64,000 nt of DNA from NCBI RefSeq assembly GCF_039654945.1, contig NW_027361869.1, forward strand, positions 8,122,001 to 8,186,000, given 5' to 3'. This document shows, piece after piece, positions 12,534 through 28,000 of the stretch (the stretch's first letter is position 1; every line of letters begins with the position of its first letter). Made by a program: the position numbers and the translations under genes. The notes below the pieces were generated by a model. It made no database searches. It saw only the letters and a list, made by a program, of their open reading frames with translations, and was not told where the DNA came from. The DNA comes from Dendrobates tinctorius (taxonomy: Eukaryota).

Positions 12534-15500
12534 AAGATGGTGAACTGATCATACAGCTCTGTAGTGACGAGGTGGTGGCACTGATCATGCAGTTCTGCAG
12601 GGATGAGGTTGTGGCACTGATCATACAGCTCGGCAGGGATGAGGTAGTGGCACAGATCATACAGCTCTGCAGGGAGGAGAGGAGGTAGTGGCACAGATCA
12701 TACAGCCCTGCAGGGATGAGGTGGTGGCACTGATCATACACCTCTGCGGCGACAAGGTGGTGGCACGGATCCTACAGCTCTGCGAGGACCAGGTGGTGGC
12801 ACTGATCGTAAAGCTCTGCAGAGGTGGTGGTGGCACTGATTAGACAGCTTTGCAGGGAGTAGGTGGTGGCACTGATCATACAGCTCTGCGGGGACAAAGT
12901 GGTGGCACTTATGTTACAGCTTTGCGGGGAAAAGGTTGTGGCACTGATCATACAGCTCTGCAGGGAGGAGTTGGTGGCACTGATCATACAGCTCTGTGCT
13001 GACCAACTGGTGGCACTGATCATGCAACTTTGCGGTGACAAGGTGATGGCACTGATTATACAGTTCTGCGGTGACAAGGTGCTGGCACTGTTCATACAGG
13101 TCTGAAGGGAAAAGGAGGTGACACTGAACATACAGCTCAGCGCGGACAAGGTGGTGGCACTGATTATACAGTTCTGCGGTGACAAGGTGGTGGCACTGAT
13201 CAAACAGCTCTGCAGGGATTAGGTGGTGGCACTGATTATACAGCTCTGTGCTGACCAACTGGTGGCACTGATCATGCAACTTTGCGGTGACAAGGTGATG
13301 GCACTGATTATACAGTTCTGCGGTGACAAGGTGGTGGCACTGATCATACAGGTCTGCAGGGAAAAGGTGGTGGCACTGAACATACAGCTCAGCACGGACA
13401 AGGTGGTGGCACTGATCAGACAGCTCTACAGGGAGGAGGTTTTGGCACTGAACATCCTGGTTTGCAGGGATAAGGTAGTGGCTCTGATCATACAGCTCTG
13501 CAGGTATGAGGTGGTGGCACTGAAGATTCAGCTCTGCAGGGATGAGGTGGTTGCAATGATCATACAGCTCTGTGGGGACAAGGTTGTGTCACTGATCTTA
13601 CAGATCGGCAGGGAGTATGTGGTGGCATTGATCATTCAGCTCTGTGTGGATAAGATGGTGGCACTGATAATGCAGCTCTGCAGGGAAGAGGTGGTGACAC
13701 TGATCATACAGCTCTGCAAGGACGAGGTGTTGGCACTGATCATACAGCTTTGCGGGGACAATGTGGTTGCACTGATTATACATCTCTTTAGGGATAAGTT
13801 GGAGGCACTGATCATGCAGTTATGCAGGGATGAGGTTGTGGCACTGATCATACAGCTCTGCAAGGACGAGGTGTTGGCACTGATCATACAGCTTTGCGGG
13901 GACAATGTGGTTGCACTGATTATACTTCTCTTTAGGGATAAGTTGGAGGCACTGATCATGCAGTTATGCAGGGATGAGGTTGTGGCACTGATCATACAGC
14001 TCTGCAGGTATGAGTTAGTGGCACTGATCATACAGCTCTGAAGGGATGAGGTAGTGGCACAGATCACACAGCTCTGCAGGGATGAGGATGTGGCACTGAT
14101 CATACAGCTCTGCGGGGACAAGGTGGTGACACTGATAATATACCTCTGCGGCGACAAGGTGGTGGTACTGATCATACAGCTCTGCAGAGAGGAGGTGGTG
14201 GCACTGATCATACAGCTCTGAAGGGAATAGGTGGTGGCACTGATCATAAAGTTCTGCAGTGACGAGTTGGTGGCACTAATCATACTGCTTTGCAGGGAGG
14301 AGGTGGTGGCACTGATCATACAGCTTTGCGTGGACAAGGTGGTGGCACTGATCATATAGCTCTGAGGGGATGACGTGGTGGACTGATCAAATAGCTCTGC
14401 AGGGATTAGGTGGTGGCAATGATCATACAGCTCTGCAAGGAGTAGGCGGTGGCACTGATCTTACAGCTCTGTGCTGACCAACTGGTGGCACTGATCATAC
14501 AACTTTGTGGTGACAAGGTGGTGGCACTGATTATACAGTTCTGCGGCTACAAGGTGGTGGCACTGATCATACAGCTCTGAAGTGACGAGGTTGTGGCAAT
14601 GATCATGCAGTTCTGCAGGGATGATTCAGTAGCACAGATCATACAGCCCTGCAGGGATGAAAGGGTGGCACTGATCATAGAGCTCTGCAGGGAAAAGTTG
14701 GTGACACTGATCATACACCTTTGTGGCGACAAGGTGATGGTACTGATCATACAGCTCTGCAAGGACCAGGTGGTGGCACTGATCATAAAGCTCTGCAGGG
14801 ATGAGGTGGTGGCACTGATCATACAGCTCTGCAGAGAGGAGGTGGCGGCACTGATCATACACCTCTGCGGGGACAAGGTGGTGACACTGATTATACACGT
14901 CTGTGGCGACGAGGTGCTGGTACTGATCATACAGCTCTGCAGGGAGGAGGTGGTGGCACTGATCATACACCTCTGCAGCAACAAGGTGGTGGTACTGATC
15001 ATACAGCTCTGCGGGGACAAGATGGTGGCACTGATCATAAAGCTCTGCAGGGATGATGTGCTGGCACTGATCATACAGGTCTGCAGGGATGAGATAGTGG
15101 CTCAGATCATACAGCTCTACAGGGATGAGGAGGTGGCACTGATCATACACCTCTGCGGGGACAAGGTGGTGACACTGATTATACACGTCTGTGGCGACAA
15201 GGTGCTGGTACTGATCATACAGCTCTGCAGGGAGGAGGTGGTGGCACTGATCATACAGCTCTGAAGGGAATAGGTGGTGGCACTGATCATAAAGTTCTGC
15301 AGTGACGAGGTGGTGGCACTAATCATACTGCTTTGCAGGGAAGAGGTGGTGGCACAGATCATACAGCTCTGCAGAGAGGAGGTGGTGGCACTGATTATAC
15401 AGCTTTGCAGGGAGGAGATGGTGGCACTGATCATACAGCTCTGCAGGGAGTAGGTGGTGGCACTGATCATACAGCTCTCCCGGGACAATTTGATGGCACT

Positions 15501-16277
15501 GATCATACAGCTCTGCTCGGACAAAGTGTTGGCACTTATGATACAGCTTTGTGGGGACAAGGTGGTGGCACTGATCATACAGCTCTGCAGTGACGAGGTC
15601 GTGGCACTGATCATGCAGTTCTGCAGGGATGATTCAGTAGCACAGATCATACAGCCCTGCAGGGATGAAGTGGTGGCACTGATCATACAGCTCTGCAGGG
15701 AAAAGTTGGTGACACTGATCATACACCTCTGTGGCGACAAGGTGGTGGTACTGATCATACAGCTCTGCAAGGACCAGGTGGTGGCACTGATTATAAAGCT
15801 CTGCAGGGATGAGGTGGTGGCACTGATCATACAGCTCTGCAGAGAGGAGGTGGTGGCACTGATTATACAGCTTTACAGGGAGGAGATGGTGGCACTGATC
15901 ATACAGCTCTGTGTGGACAATTTGATGGCACTGATCATACAGCTCTGCTCGGACAAAGTAGTGGCACTTATGATACAGCTTTGCGGGGACAAGGTGGTGG
16001 CACTGAACATATAGCTCAGCGTGGACAAGGTGGTGGCTCTGATCTTAAAGCTCTACAAGGATTAGGTGGAGGTACTAATCATACAGCTCTGCAGGGAGGA
16101 GGTGGTGGCACTGATCATACAGCTCTGCGGGCACAAGATGGTGGCACTAATCATAAAGCTCTGCAGGGATGAGGTGGTGGCACTGATCATACAGCTTTGC
16201 GTGGACAAGGTGGTGGCACTGATCATGTAGCCCTGAGCGGAGGACGTGGTGGCACTGATCATACAGCTCTGCAAGGA

Positions 16278-16448
16278 AAAAATAACTCAAAGATGGATGG
16301 GAATGAGAAATCCCACAGGATAAAAAAGATGCTACATGAATGATAAAAATAATAACAATGATAATAATAAATGGCACAATTTTTATTTTTTTAAATAAAG
16401 ATGCCTTTATTAAAATATTGACACAACAATTAAGTGCATTAAAAAAAA

Positions 16449-16490
<42 letters not shown>

Positions 16491-16797
16491 GTATACAATC
16501 ACATTAGCCAAAACCAATCCATATCAAAAAGGCTTAATTAATGAACCAGGTACAAAAATGCATATATATAGTGACACAAGGATAATTACATAAAAAGAAA
16601 ATAAATTTATGTATAATGAATGTGCCCAAAGTGCAGAGGTGCAGCTGTGCAAAAAATTCAAATCGCACTAAGGCGTGTGCAACAAAACACAAAGTGTAAA
16701 ATACCTGTAAGCCGATTGACTCTATGTGAGTTGTATAAGAACATGCCCCGACGGGCGTTTCGGAAATAAATCTCCTTCGTCAGGTGGATAGATACGC
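16278..16797 (-). mobile_element. AT-rich Penelope-like pseudo-LTR fragment, copy 1
   Basis: Flanked by CTGCAAGGA duplication; contains (AT)n, AATAAA and a hammerhead core; family assignment inferred from the ribozyme type. Confidence 0.6.
16746..16788 (-). ncRNA. Putative minimal type I hammerhead ribozyme
   Basis: CCAC-CUGACGA-A-GGAGA(UUUA)UUUCC-GAAA-C(GCCC)G-UC-GGGG; core complete, stem I weak. Confidence 0.65.
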
Positions 16798-19700
16798 CTG
16801 CAAGGAGTAGGCGGTGGCACTGATCATACAGCTCTGCGGGGACTAGGTGGTGGCACTGATCATACAGCTTTGCGGTGGCAATGTGGTGGCACTGATTATA
16901 CAGTCTGCGGCGACAAGGTGGTGACACGGATCATACAGCTCTGCATGGAAAGGTGGTGGCACTGAACAAACAGCTCTGCAGGGAAAAGGTGGTGGCACTG
17001 ATGAGACAGCTCTACAGGGAGGAGGTGGTGGCACTGAACATACTTGATTGCCGGGATGAGGTAGTGGCACTGATTATACAGCTCTGCAGGGATGAGGTGG
17101 CGGCACTGAAGATACAGGTCTGCAGGGATGAGTTGGTTGCACTGATCATAAGGATCTGCAGGGACAAGGTTGTGTCACTGATCTTAAAGCTCTGCAGGGA
17201 TGAGGTGGCACTGTTCATACAGTTCTGCAGGGAGGAGGTGGTGGCACTGATCATACAGCTCTGTGTGGATAAGATGGTGGCAATGATCATACAGCTCTGC
17301 AGGGAGGAGGTGGTGGCACTGATCATACAGCTCTGTGTGGATAAGATGGTGGCAATGATCATACAGCTCTACAGGGAGGAGGTGGTGGCACTGAACATAC
17401 TTGTTTACAGGGATGAGGTAGTGGCACTGATCATACAGCTCTGCAGGGATGAGGTGGTGGCACTGACGATACAGCTCTGCAGGGATGAGGTGGTTGCACT
17501 GATCATAAAGCTCTTTGGGGAGGAGGCGGTGGCACTGATCATAAGGCTCTGCAGGGACAAGGTTGTGTCACTGATCTTACAGCTCTGCATGGATGAAGTG
17601 GTGGCACTGATCATACAGTTCTGCAGGGAGGAGGTGGTGGCACTGATCATACAGCTCTTCAGGGAGGAGGTGGTGGCACTGATCACACAGCTCTGCAGGG
17701 AGTAGGTTGTGGCACTGATAATACAGCTCTGTGTGGCTAAGATGGTGGCACTGATCATACAGCTCTGCAGGGAGGAGTTGGTGGCACTGATCATACAGCT
17801 CTGCAGGGAAGAGGAGGTGACACTTATCATACAGATCTGCAAGGATGAGGTGTTGGCACTGATCATACAGCTTTGCGGGGACAATGTGGTTGCACTGATC
17901 ATACACCTCTGCGGTGACAAGGTGGTGGTACTGATCATACAGCTCTGCATGGAGAAGGTGGTGGCACTGATCATACAGTTCTGCAGTGACGATTTGGTGG
18001 CACTAATGGTACAGCTCTGCAGGGATGAGGTAGTGGCACAGATCATACAGCTCTGCGGGGACAATGTGGTGACACTGATCATAGAGCCCTGCAAGGGCCA
18101 GGTGGTGGCACTGATCATAAAGATCTGCAGGGAAGAGTTGGTGGCACTGATCATACAGCTCTGCGGGGACAATGTGGTGACACTGATCATAGAGCCCTGC
18201 AAGGGCCAGGTGGTGGCACTGATCATAAAGATCTGCAGGGAAGAGTTGGTGGCACTGATCATACAGCTCTGCAGGGACGAGGTGTTGGCACTTATCATAC
18301 AGCCTTGCGCAGACAAGGTGGTGGCACTGATCATACATCTTTACGGGGACAATGTGGTTATACTGATTATACATCTCTTTAGGGATAAGTTGGAGGCACT
18401 GATCATGTGGTTCTGCAAGGATGAGGTTGTGGCACTGATCATACAGCTCTGCAGAGAGGAGGTGGTGGCACTGATCATACAGCACTGTGTGGACAATTTG
18501 ATAGCACTGATCATACATCTCTGCTCGGACAAAGTGGTGGCACTTATGATACAGCTTTGCGGGGACAAGGTGGTGGCACTGATCTTATAGCTTTGCAAGG
18601 ATGAGGTGGAGGTACTAATCATACTGCTCTGCAGTGAAGAGGTGGTGGCACTGATTATACAGCTCAGCGCGGACAAGGTGGTGGCACTGATCAGACAGCT
18701 CTACAGGAAGGAGGTGGTGGCACTGAAAATACTTGTTTGCCGGGATGAGGTAGTGGCACTGATTATACAGCTCTGCAGGGGTGAGGTGGTGGCACTGAAG
18801 ATACAGTTCTGCAAGGATGAGGTGGTTGCACTGATCATAAGTCTCTGCAGGGACAAGGTTGAGTCACTGATCTTAAAGCTCTGCAGGGATGAGGTGGTGG
18901 CACTGATCATACAGTTCTGCGGGGAGGAGGTGGTGGCATTGATCATACAGCTCTGCAGGGAGGAGGTGGTGGCACTGATCACACAGCTCTGCAGGGAGTA
19001 GGTGGTGGCACTGATCATACAGCTCTGTGTGGATAAGATGGTGGCAATGATCTTGCAGCTCTGCAGGGAGGAGTTGGTGGCACTGATCATACAGCTCTGC
19101 AAGGATGAGGTGTTGGCACTGATCATACAGCTTTGCGGGGACAATGTGGTTGCACTGATTATATATCTCTTTAGGGATAAGTTGGAGGCACTGATCATGC
19201 GGTTCTGCAGGGATGAGGTTGTGGCACTGATCATACAGCTCTACGGGGACAAGGTGGTGGTACTGATCATACAGCTCTGCAGGGAGGAGGTGGTGGCGCT
19301 GTACATACAGCACTGCAGGGAAAGGTGGTGGCACTGAACATACAGCTCAGCGTGGACAAAGTGGTGGTACTGATCAGACAGCTCTACAGGGAGGAGTTGG
19401 TGGCACTGAACATACAGCACTGCAGGGAAAGGTGGTCGCACTGAACATACAGCTCAGCACGGACATAGTGGTGGTACTGATCAGACAGCTCTACAGGGAG
19501 GAGGTGGTGGCACTGAACATACTTGTTTGCAGGGATGAGGTAGTGTCACTGATCTTACAGCTCTGCAGGGATGAGGTGGTGGCACTGAAGATACAGCTCT
19601 GCAGGGATGAGGTGGTTGCACTGATCATACAGCACTGTGGTGAGGAGGCGGTGGCACTGACCATAAGGCTCTGCAGGGACAAGGTTGTGTCACAGATCTT

Positions 19701-22700
19701 ACAGCTCTGCAGGGATGAGGTGGTGGCACTAATTATACAGTTCAGCAGGGAGGAGGTAGTGGCACTGATCATACAGCTCTTCAGGGAGGAGGTGGTGGCA
19801 CTGAAAACACAGCTCTGCAGGGAGAAGTTGGTGGCACTGATCATACAGCTCTGCAGGGAAGAGGTGGTGACACTGATCATACACCTCTGCGGCCACAAGG
19901 TGGTGGTACTGATCATACAGCTCTGCAGGGAGGAGGTGGTGGCACTGATCACACAGCTCTGAAGGGAATAGGTGGTGGCACTGATCATACAGTTCTGCAG
20001 TGACGAGGTGGTGGCACTAACCATACAGTTCTGAAGTGACGAGGTGGTGGCACTAATCATACAGCTATGCAGGGATGAGGTAGTGGCACAGATCGTACAG
20101 CTCTGCAGGGAAGAGGTGGTGACACTGATCATACAGTTTTGCAAGGATGAGGTGTGGCACTGATCATACAGCTTTGCGGGGACAATGTGGTTGCACTGAT
20201 TATATATATATATCTTTAGGGATAAGTTGGAGGCACTGATCATGCGGTTCTGCAGGGATGAGGTTGTGGCACTGATCATACAGCTCTGCGGGGACAAGGT
20301 GGTGACACTGATCATACACCTCTGCGGCGACAAGGTGGTGGTACTGATCATACAGCTCAACAGGGAGGAGGTGGTGGCACTGATCATACAGTTCTGCAGT
20401 GATGAGGTGGTGGCACTAATCATACAGTTCTGCAGTGACGAGGTGGTGGCACAGATCATACAGCCCTGCAGGGACGAGGTGGTGGCACTGATCTTATAGC
20501 TCTGCGGGGACAAGGTGGTGACACTGATCATACACCTCTGCGGCGACATGGTGGTGGTACGGATCATACAGCTCTGCAGGGAGGAAATGGTGGCACTGAT
20601 CATGCAGCTCTGCTCGGACAAAGTGGTGGCACTTATGTTACAGCTCAGCGTGAACAAGGTGGTGGCACTGATCTTAAAGCTCTACAAGGATGAGGTGATG
20701 GTTCTAATCATACAGCTTTGCAGGGAGGAGGTGGTGGCACTGATCATACAGCTCTGCGGGGACAAGATGGTGGCACTGATCATAAAGCTCTGCAGGGACG
20801 AGGTGGTGGCACTGATCATACAGCTTTGCGTGGACAAGGCGGTGGCACTGATCATATAGCTCTGAGGGGATGACGTGGTGGCACTGATCAAATAGCTCTG
20901 CAGGGATTAGGTGGTGGCAATGATCATACAGCTCTGCAAGGAGTAGGCGGTGGCACTGATCATACAGCTCTGCGGGTACTAGGTGGTGGTACTGATCATA
21001 CTGCTCTGTGCTGACCAACTGGTGGCACTGATCATACAACTTTGTGGTGACAAGGTGGTGGCACTGATTATACAATTCTGCGGCTACAAGGTGGAGGCAC
21101 TGATCACACAGGTCTGCAGGGAAAAGGTGGTGGCACTGAACATACAGCTCAGCACGGACAAGGTGGTGGCACTGATCAGACAGCTCTACAGGGAGGAGGT
21201 TGTGGCACTGAACATACTAGTTTGCAGGGATGAGGTAGTGGCACTGATCATACAGCTCTGCAGGTATGAGGTGGTGTCACTGAAGATACAGCTGTGCAGG
21301 GATGAGGTGGTTGCACTGATCATGCAGCTCTGTGGGGAGGAGTTGGTGGCACTGATCATGCAACTCTGCAAGGACGAGGTGTTGGCACTGATCATACAGC
21401 TTTGCGGGGACAATGTGGTTGCACTGATTATACATCTCTTTAGGGACAAGTTGGAGGCACTGATCATGCAGTTCTGCAGGGATGAGGTTGTGGCACTGAT
21501 CATACAGCTCTACAGGGATGAGATAGTGGCTCAGATCATACAGCTCTGCAGGGACGAGGAGGTGGCACTGATCATACACCTCTGCGGGGACAATGTGGTG
21601 ACACTGATTATACACGTCTGTGGCGACAAGGTGCTGGCACTGATCATACAGCTCTGCAGGGAGGAGGTGGTGGCACTGATCATACAGCTCTGCAGGGAGG
21701 AGGTGGTGGCACTGATCATACAGCTCTGAAGGGAATAGGTGGTGGCACTGATCATAAAGTTCTGCAGTGACGAGGTAGTGGCACTAATCATACAGCTCAG
21801 CAGGGAGGAGGTGGTGGCACTGATCATACAGCTCAGCAGGGAGGAGGTGGTGACACTGATTATACAGCTCTGCAGGGATGAGGTAGTGGCACAGATCCTA
21901 CAGACCTGCAGGGACAAGGTGGTGGCACTAATCATACAGCTTTGCGGGGACAATGTGGTTGCACTGATTATACATCTCTTTAGGTATAAGTTGGAGGCAC
22001 TGATCATGCGGTTCTGAAGGGATGAGGTTGTGGCACTGATCATACAGCTCTGCAGGGATGAGGTAGTGGCACAGATCATACAGCTCTGCAGGGATGAGGT
22101 AGTGGCACAGATCATACAGCTCTGCAGAGAGGAGATGGTGACACTGATTATACAGCTTTGCAGTGAGGATATGGTGGCACTGATCATACAGCTCTGCGGG
22201 GACAATTTGATGGCACTGATCATACAGCTCTGCTCGGACAAAGTGTTGGCACTTATGATACAGCTTTGTGGGGACAAGGTGGTGGCACTGATCATACAGC
22301 TCTGCAGTGACGAGGTCGTGGCACTGATCATGCAGTTCTGCAGGGATGATTCAGTAGCACAGATCATACAGCCCTGCAGGGATGAAGTGGTGGCACTGAT
22401 CATACAGCTCTGCAGGGAAAAGTTGGTGACACTGATCATACACCTCTGTGGCGACAAGGTGGTGGTACTGATCATACAGCTCTGCAAGGACCAGGTGGTG
22501 GCATTGATCATAAAGCTCTGCAGGGATGAGGTGGTGGCACTGATCATACAGCTCTGCAGAGAGGAGGTGGTGGCACTGATTATACAGCTTTAGAGGGAGG
22601 AGATGGTGGCACTGATCATACAGCTCTGTGGGGACAATTTGATGGCACTGATCATACAGCTCTGCTCGGACAAAGTAGTGGCACTTATGATACAGCTTTG

Positions 22701-22994
22701 CGGGGACAAGGTGGTGGCACTGAACATATAGCTCAGCGTGGACAAGGTGGTGGCTCTGATCTTAAAGCTCTATAAGGATTAGGTGGAGGTACTAATCATA
22801 CAGCTCTGCAGGGAGGAGGTGGTGGCCCTGATCATACAGCTCTGCGGGGACAAGATGGTGGCACTAATCATAAAGCTCTGCAGGGATGAGGTGGTGGCAC
22901 TGATCATACAGCTTTGCGTGGACAAGGTGGTGGCACTGATCATGTAGCCCTGAGCGGAGGACGTGGTGGCACTGATCATACAGCTCTGCAAGGA

Positions 22995-23157
22995 AAAAAT
23001 AACTCAAAGATGGATGGGAATGAGAAATCCCACAGGATAAAAAAGATGCTACATGAATGATAAAAATAATAACAATGATAATAATAAATGGCACAATTTT
23101 TATTTTTTTAAATAAAGATGCCTTTATTAAAATATTGACACAACAATTAAGTGCATT

Positions 23158-23208
<51 letters not shown>

Positions 23209-23534
23209 GTATACAATCACATTAGCCATGTGTTTATGGATAATGGAAAACCAATCCATATCAAAAATTCTTAATTAATGAACCAGGTACAAAAATGCAT
23301 ATATATAGTGACACAAGGATAATTACATAAAAAGAAAATAAATATATGTATAATGAATGTGCCCAAAGTGCAGAGGTGCAGCTGTGCAAAAAATTCAAAT
23401 CGCACTAAGGCGTGTGCAACAAAACACAAGGTGTAAAATACCTGTAAGCCGATTGACGCTACGTGAGTTGTATAAGAACATGCCCCCACGGGCGTTTCAG
23501 AAATAAATCTCCTTCGTCAGGTGGATAGATACGC
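22995..23534 (-). mobile_element. Penelope-like insert, copy 2 (hammerhead degenerate)
   Basis: Near-identical to 16278-16797; cleavage triplet GUG and broken stem II pair. Confidence 0.6.
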
Positions 23535-24470
23535 CTGCAAGGAGTAGGCGGTGGCACTGATCATACAGCTCTGCGGGGACTAGGTGGTGGTAATGATCAT
23601 ACAGCTCTGTGCTGACCAACTGGTGGCACTGATCATACAGCTTTGCGGTGACAATGTGGTGGCACTGATTATACAGTTCGGCGGCGACAGGGTGGTGACA
23701 CTGATCATACAGCTCTGCATGGAAAGGTGGTGGCACTGAACAAACAGCTCTGCAGGGAAAAGGTGGTGGCACTGAACATACAGCTCAGCGCGGACAGGGT
23801 GGTGGCACTGATCAGACAGCTCTACAGGGAGGAGGTGGTGGCACTGAACATACTTGTTTGCCGGGATGAGGTAGTGGCACTGAACATACAGCTCAGCGAG
23901 GACAAGGAGGTGGTACTGATCAGACAGCTCTACAGGGAGGAGGTGGTGGCACTGAACATACTTGTTTACAGGGATGAGGTAGTAGCACTGAACATACAGC
24001 TCTGCAGGGATGAGGTGGTTGCACTGATCATACAGCTCTTTGGGAAGGAGGCGGTGGCACTGATCATAAGGCTCTGCAGGGACCAGGTTGTGTCACTGAT
24101 CTTACAGCTCTGCATGGATGAGGTGGTGGCACTGATCATACAGTTCTGCAGGGAGGAGGTGGTGGCACTGATCATACAGCTTTGCGGGGACAATGTGGTG
24201 GCACTGATTATATATGTCTTTAGGGATAAGTTGGAGGCACTGATCATGCGGTTCTGCAGGGATGAGGTTGTGGCACTGATCATACTGCTCTGCGGGGACA
24301 AGGTGGTGACACTGATCATACACCTCTGCGGCGACAAGGTGGTGGTACTGATCATACAGCTCTGCAGGGAGGAGGTGGTGGCACTGATCACACAGCTCTG
24401 AAGGGAATAGGTGGTGGCACTGATCATACAGCTCTGCAGGGAATAGATGGTGGCACTGATCATAGAGTTC

Positions 24471-24721
24471 TGATGATATTGGAGACTGCGGACAGACTGT
24501 CACTGGCGTTCTGTATTACAGAGGGGTAAGGTCGGGGGAAGACGTATACAGTTGTGTGTCATCAGCATAAAGATGCTACCGAAAGCCAAATTTGCTGATG
24601 GTCTGTCCAATTGGGGCTGTATAGAGCAAGAAGAGATGGGGGCCAAGGACTGAGCCCTGAGGTACCCAGAAAGCAAGAGGAAGAGGAGATGAAGTGGAGC
24701 CAGCGAACAAAACACTGAAGA
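24471..24721 (-). mobile_element. L2 RT-core fragment, copy 2
   Basis: Same 250-bp segment as 11939-12190. Confidence 0.9.
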
Positions 24722-24920
24722 ACTCTGCAGAGACGAGGTGGTGGCACCGATCATACAGGTCAGCAGGGACGAGGTGGTGGCACTCATTATAGAGCTCTGC
24801 AGGGATGAAGTGGTGGCACTGATCATACAGCTCTGCGGGGAGGAGGAGGTGGCACTGATCATACAGGCCAAAATTGGGGTACTGTGTATGGCATGCGGAT
24901 GGAGAGCACATTGATGCTGG

Positions 24921-25079
<159 letters not shown>

Positions 25080-28000
25080 TCATACAGCTCTGCATTGACG
25101 AGGTGGTGGAACTGTTCATGCAGTTCTGCAGGGATGAGGTTGTGGCACTGATCATACAGCTCTGCAGGGAGGAGAGGAGGTAGTGGCACAGATCATACAG
25201 CCCTGCAGTGACGAGGTGGTGGCACTGAACATACTTGTTTGCCGGGATGAGGTAGTGGCACTGATTATACAGCTCTGCAGGGATGAGGTGGCGGCACTGA
25301 AGATACAGGTCTGCAGGGATGAGTTGGTTGCACTGATCATAAGGATCTGCAGGGACAAGGTTGTGTCACTGATCTTAAAGCTCTGCAGGGATGAGGTGGT
25401 GGCACTGTTCATACAGTTCTGCAGGGAGGAGGTGGTGGCACTGATCATACAGCTCTGTGTGGATAAGATGGTGGCAATGATCATACAGCTCTACAGGGAG
25501 GAGGTGGTGGCACTGAACATACTTGTTTACAAGGATAAGGTAGTGGCACTGATCATACAGCTCTGCAGGGATGAGGTGGTGGCACTGACGATACAGCTCT
25601 GCAGGGATGAGGTGGTTGCACTGATCATACAGCTCTTTGGGGAGGAGGCGGTGGCACTGATCATAAGGCTCTGCAGGGACAAGGTTGTGTCACTGATCTT
25701 ACAGCTCTGCATGGATGAAGTGGTGGCACTGATCATACAGTTCTGCAGGGAGGAGGTGGTGGCACTGATCATACAGCTCTTCAGGGAGGAGGTGGTGGCA
25801 CTGATCACACAGCTCTGCAGGGAGTAGGTTGTGGCACTGATAATACAGCTCTGTGTGGCTAAGATGGTGGCACTGATCATACAGCTCTGCAGGGAGGAGT
25901 TGGTGGCACTGATCATACAGCTCTGCAGGGAAGAGGAGGTGACACTTATCATACAGATCTGCAAGGATGAGGTGTTGGCACTGATCATACAGCTTTGCGG
26001 GGACAATGTGGTTGCACTGATCATACACCTCTGCGGTGACAAGGTGGTGGTACTGATCATACAGCTCTGCATGGAGAAGGTGGTGGCACTGATCACACAG
26101 CTCTGAAGGGAATAGTTGGTGGCACTGATCATACAGTTCTGCAGTGACGATTTGGTGGCACTAATGGTACAGCTCTGCAGGGATGAGGTAGTGGCACAGA
26201 TCATACAGCTCTGCGGGGACAATGTGGTGACACTGATCATAGAGCCCTGCAAGGGCCAGGTGGTGGCACTGATCATAAAGATCTGCAGGGAAGAGTTGGT
26301 GGCACTGATCATACAGCTCTGCGGGGACAATGTGGTGACACTGATCATAGAGCCCTGCAAGGGCCAGGTGGTGGCACTGATCATAAAGATCTGCAGGGAA
26401 GAGTTGGTGGCACTGATCATACAGCTCTGCAGGGACGAGGTGTTGGCACTTATCATACAGCCTTGCGCAGACAAGGTGGTGGCACTGATCATACATCTTT
26501 ACGGGGACAATGTGGTTGTACTGATTATACATCACTTTAGGGATAAGTTGGAGGCACTGATCATGTGGTTCTGCAAGGATGAGGTTGTGGCACTGATCAT
26601 ACAGCTCTGCAGAGAGGAGGTGGTGGCACTGATCATACAGCTCTGTGTGGACAATTTGATAGCACTGATCATACATCTCTGCTCGGACAAAGTGGTGGCA
26701 CTTATGATACAGCTTTGCGGGGACAAGGTGGTGGCACTGAACATATAGCTCAGCATGGACAAGGTGGTGGCTCTGATCTTATAGCTTTGCAAGGATGAGG
26801 TGGAGGTACTAATCATACTGCTCTGCAGGGAAGAGGTGGTGGCACTGATTATACAGCTCAGCGCGGACAAGGTGGTGGCACTGATCAGACAGCTCTACAG
26901 GAAGGAGGTGGTGGCACTGAAAATACTTGTTTGCCGGGATGAGGTAGTGGCACTGAATATACAGCTCTGCAGGGGTGAGGTGGTGGCACTGAAGATACAG
27001 TTCTGCAAGGATGAGGTGGTTGCACAGATCATAAGTCTCTGCAGGGACAAGGTTGAGTCACTGATCTTAAAGCTCTGCAGGGATGAGGTGGTGGCACTGA
27101 TCATACAGTTCTGCGGGGAGGAGGTGGTGGCATTGATCATACAGCTCTGCAGGGAGGAGGTGGTGGCACTGATCACACAGCTCTGCAGGGAGTAGGTGGT
27201 GGCACTGATCATACAGCTCTGTGTGGATAAGATGGTGGCAATGATCATGCAGCTCTGCAGGGAGGAGTTGGTGGCACTGATCATACAGCTCTGCAAGGAT
27301 GAGGTGTTGGCACTGATCATACAGCTTTGCGGGGACAATGTGGTTGCACTGATTACATATCTCTTTAGGGATAAGTTGGAGGCACTGATCATGCGGTTCT
27401 GCAGGGATGAGGTTGTGGCACTGATCATACATCTCTGCGGGGACAAGGTGGTGGTACTGATCATACAGCTCTGTAGGGAGGAGGTGGTGGCGCTGAACAT
27501 ACAGCACTGCTGGGAAAGGTGGTGGCACTGAACATACAGCTCAGCGTGGACAAAGTGGTGGTACTGATCAGACAGCTCTACAGGGAGGAGTTGGTGGCAC
27601 TGAACATACAGCACTGCAGGGAAAGGTGGTGGCACTGAACATACAGCTCAGCACGGACATAGTGGTGGTACTGATCAGACAGCTCTACAGGGATGAGGTG
27701 GTGGCACTGAAGATACAGCTCTGCAGGGATGAGGTGGTTGCACTGATCATACAGCACTGTGGTGAGGAGGCGGTGGCACTGACCATAAGGCTCTGCAGGG
27801 ACAAGGTTGTGTCACAGATCTTACAGCTCTGCAGGGATGAGGTGGTGGCACTAATTATACAGTTCAGCAGGGAGGAGGTGGTGGCACTGATCATACAGCT
27901 CTTCAGGGAGGAGGTGGTGGCACTGAACACACAGCTCTGCAGGGAGAAGTTGGTGGCACTGATCATACAGCTCTGCAGGGAAGAGGTGGTGACACTGATC

